Shown: positions 60,672-64,000 of the stretch, piece by piece
Layout of the letters: the number at the start of each line of letters is the position of its first letter
Position numbering within the stretch: the stretch's first letter is position 1
Notes under the pieces: model-generated
Told to the model about the DNA's origin: nothing
What the model saw: only the letters and a program-made list of their open reading frames with translations
Databases searched by the model: none
Assembly: GCF_902652985.1 (NCBI RefSeq)
Contig: NC_047022.1
Location: 38,378,001 to 38,442,000, forward strand
Reading direction: 5' to 3'
DNA from: Pecten maximus
Lineage: Eukaryota
DNA: 64,000 bases
Program-made: the position numbers and the translations under genes

Positions 60672-62058
60672 CTTCAAAACTTACCCAATGCCGTTTTATA
60701 TATGGAGGTTATGGCATTTTAGTTATGATCGTAGGCTCTATCTTTTCTAGACAACTAGTTTTTATCTAAAAAAAACATCACTGATGATGTTGTGAACCTG
60801 TGCTTACTGTTTTGATAATCTATTCCTCGCCATAAAAAATGTATATCATTTTAAGTGTTGAGAAGCTGAAATCTTTTGAGGTTGATTTTATTTCTGAATA
60901 TATGAAATTGTTATTGAAAATGTTCAGCTGATTTTTAGCTAGGATGAAGTCGAAGAAAGTTTTGCTATACCGTCGGCGTCGGTAGACAGCTAGGTTAAAG
61001 TGTTTTTTTTTTTTTTTTTTATATAAAACTACGTTATGTCAATACTAATGAGGATACAGCTGAGGTATTTGACGTGTGTTACTTGTGACGAGACCATTCC
61101 ATTTGTGGATCTGCTTATCTTGACCGTGACCTTTGACCTATTTGAAAAAAATCTAATTAGAAATTTCAAACCACTTGGCCAGATATGTATTCTTCTGACA
61201 AATCTTGTACTAAAAAATAAATAAAATAAAACGACTCTTGTACTAAAAAAAGAAAACTAACAGAACTCACACATAGAAATATCTATTTCACCTGTACGAT
61301 TTCCTTAAACTGGCCAATATGATACGGCAGCCAGTTGTTTATAATGTTTCAATCCCATTTCGGAAGCTGATCCGGTAAATGTTGGTATGATTTGAAAACC
61401 TCACATTTCGACAGTTTTCAGATACACTTAGAGTTTCTGGCAACTAAGAACTATAAGGCCTTTACCAGAAATATTTGATTAGTAGCATTAATAATTAGAC
61501 CAAACCCCTTCCCTATTAACCTTATAAATCCTCAGACTACCAACAGATAGTGCTGTATTCCTGTCCAATCGCCAGACCTCGATTTTCCAGTATTTCGATC
61601 TAGACTCCAAATTGGACAACAGGACAATATACGCGTGTAAACAAAACAGTTGTAACTGACTCACGATCAAGGGCAAACTATCAGCGGAAGATCAGTTTAT
61701 ACTTAAAATCTGTAAAAATGTCTTCTTATTGAGGACCAAGTTGTCGTCGTCGAAAGGGTATGCTCTTTTCCTCTTCCGTGGTCTAAGAAGTACACTTCAC
61801 AAAAGAATGGGATAATTATGATCCAGATTATTATTTTTTTTAAATCTATATCGGGTTCATTTTTTCAGTATATCACAAAGTAACTAAAGCAGAGTTCCTC
61901 GATCTGACAGGCGTTTAATATGAGACAAAAATTGGAAAAATAGAAACTTTCAGATATTTTCACGGTAACAACAATTGAGGAAACCGATCTTTAAGTGATA
62001 GAATACCGATTGGTCTGGCTTGATTGTGAGACGAATGTTTAACTGCCCGTCAGAATAA

Positions 62059-62408
62059 AAATGATACCCGCAGTACAGAAATATATCTTATTAACACCGA
62101 CAAATGATATCCACGGTACAGAAATATATCTGATTAACACCGACAAATGATACCCACGGTACAGAAATATATCCCATTAACACCGACAAATGATACCCAC
62201 GGTACAGAAATATATCCCATTAACACCGACAAATGATACCCACGATACAGAAATATATCTCATTAACACCGACGAATGATACCCACGGTACAGAAATATA
62301 TCTCATTAACACCGACAAATGATACCCATGGTACAGAAATATATCTCATTAACACCGACAAATGATACCCACAGTACAGAAATATATCACATCAACTCCG
62401 ACAAATGA
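62059..62408. repeat. 43-bp minisatellite, ~8 copies
   Basis: AATGATACCCACGGTACAGAAATATATCTCATTAACACCGACA; period 62061->62104->62147. Confidence 0.92.
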
Positions 62409-62665
62409 AACGAAAAACAAAAATTATCTTGCATCATGAAATGATCGGTTAAAAATACATATTTTGTTAGTCTTTAATTAATTTATTCACTTTGAATTTA
62501 AAGAATAAGAGAGAACCTCTAATTTGGAGGTTGGTAATATCATAAGGGATGCTATCGTATACATGTAAACGTGTACAGTATTTTCCTGTTTTGAATTCAT
62601 CATTATTACTCTTTTGTGGAGATTAAAAACAAACGGAATCGTATCTGCCCTGTTCTTCGTAATAA

Positions 62666-64000
62666 TTATCGGCGCAGACTGACATGCGTTTTGTCAATTT
62701 TGAACAGATTTATACTGTCACTGAGGTCCGTCACGGCTATGATATCCTGACCAACAAATATCGCGTGGCCACTTTGTTGGTAATGCTGCAGTTTGATGAC
62801 ACACCTTGGTAGCAGATGACCTCTGTCCGTCATCAACAGTAATGTCCGAGAGTCTCCGAGAAAAACATACAATATACCGTCCTTGCAGTATATTCCTTCT
62901 GGTTTCCCAGCTGGTTCATACGTCCATTGTAACTTTCCTTCCTGCGAGAAGCAAGAGAGGAATGAATGATCCCGTGTTTCCACGCTTACAACGATATTCC
63001 CTGATGAAGTAACGGCAAGCTGTTTTAGAGGTTTTATATATGGTGGTCCAAACACACTAGGCTTACATATGGTGTCGTCACCAACTTTCAGCAGAACGTG
63101 ACCCTCTCTGTCAACTACGTGGACATACCAAGAGGAAATGGCTTCCTGATCTGATTCCGATGTCTTGACTTTGGCTTTCGTGCCACCTTTCTGCTTTGCT
63201 CGGTTGTCGGAGGAAGAGTTCCCACACACCACTGCAAATTTACTTTCAGAGATGGCGGAAATCTTATAATATGCCTGATTGACAGTGATCGTTTCCTTGA
63301 CATCCAATCCTTTGTGTGTCGTCAGTACAGAAATACGCTGACACCCAGGCTGCGTTACAACAACATCATCTGTGCCGGGTATGACCGAAATACTGTAGAC
63401 GCCATTTAGCTTCATAGAAGAAATCGGCTCCCCTCTGTCTGTAAATCTTAAAATCTTATTGTTGGCTTGATCGACAGCAAAAAGCGAGTGTGAGATAAGA
63501 ATGACATCACTAAAGGAGGACTGGTTCGTTCGGTCGTCTCTAGCATTACCCTCCGACACGTTAAGTTCTAACAGACATTCAAATGTCGAGGAATCATGAC
63601 CAGAAATGTCAACATCAAATGAAATTTTCTTTCCATTGATGTCCATTTGTGATTCCTCATACATTTGTAAGCCTTCGGATACAGTGGTCACTTGTAATTT
63701 GCCTATTTCCGAACTATATCTCCCTAGTTTTTGACATATATTGACGAGCTCGGGGTGTATCTGTAGATGAAGTTGAACTGAATCTGCCTGAAGTTTCTAG
63801 GGAGCAGACATCGTCTGTGAACTCATGGATCCTCTTTCTCAGCACCTGTAGTGATGTTAGGATTTCTCTCACGTCAGTCTTCTGATGCACGTAGTCGACC
63901 TGTTTCCGATAGATTTTGATTTTTTCCTTCAACATTTTTGCCTGATCGATCTTATTCTTCGTCACACTCACGTTCTCAATTTGTGTCAACATATTGATCA
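62666..64000 (-). CDS. TRIM-like protein, partial: coiled coil followed by an NHL-like beta-propeller; apparent frameshift near 63795
   Basis: Heptad-like 63992-63800 (IDQAKMLKEKIKIYRKQVDYV...LQVLRKRI); a second frame is open 63796-62666 (KLQADSVQLHLQIHPEL...EIGKLQV, LFAVDQANNKILRF, LAVTSSGNIVVS, KPEGIYCKDGILYV, IAVTDLSDSINLFKI*). The N-terminus lies outside the window, so RING/B-box is not seen. Confidence 0.65.

Overview
AT-rich, intron-containing animal genomic DNA, not prokaryotic. The pearl/HINE-type elements and the TRIM-like propeller gene suggest a bivalve mollusc (inference). Gene models read by hand from GT-AG junctions: (1) an uncharacterised Q/S/P/H-rich gene on the minus strand (81-6933, runs off the left edge, one apparent +1 frameshift); (2) XRCC1 (+, 16 coding exons, ~634 aa); (3) a TMEM47-like claudin/PMP22-family gene (-, 4 exons, 182 aa); (4) RBM19 (+, 27 exons, ~971 aa), head-to-head with TMEM47 across only ~240 bp; (5) a partial coiled-coil + NHL-like beta-propeller (TRIM-like) gene (-, also with an apparent frameshift). 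Introns contain a TIR DNA element with 6-bp TSD, a solo LTR with 4-bp TSD, HINE/pearl elements, tRNA-SINEs, two copies of a hairpin-bearing ~630-bp element and about 20 minisatellites. The most unusual pattern is that many unrelated minisatellites are built from the exon-intron junction itself, giving arrays of decoy splice sites (e.g. 20 tandem AG|GT acceptors before XRCC1 exon 4, ~30 donor-site copies after RBM19 exon 10). Also notable is a perfect 102-bp inverted duplication bracketing TMEM47 exons 2-4.
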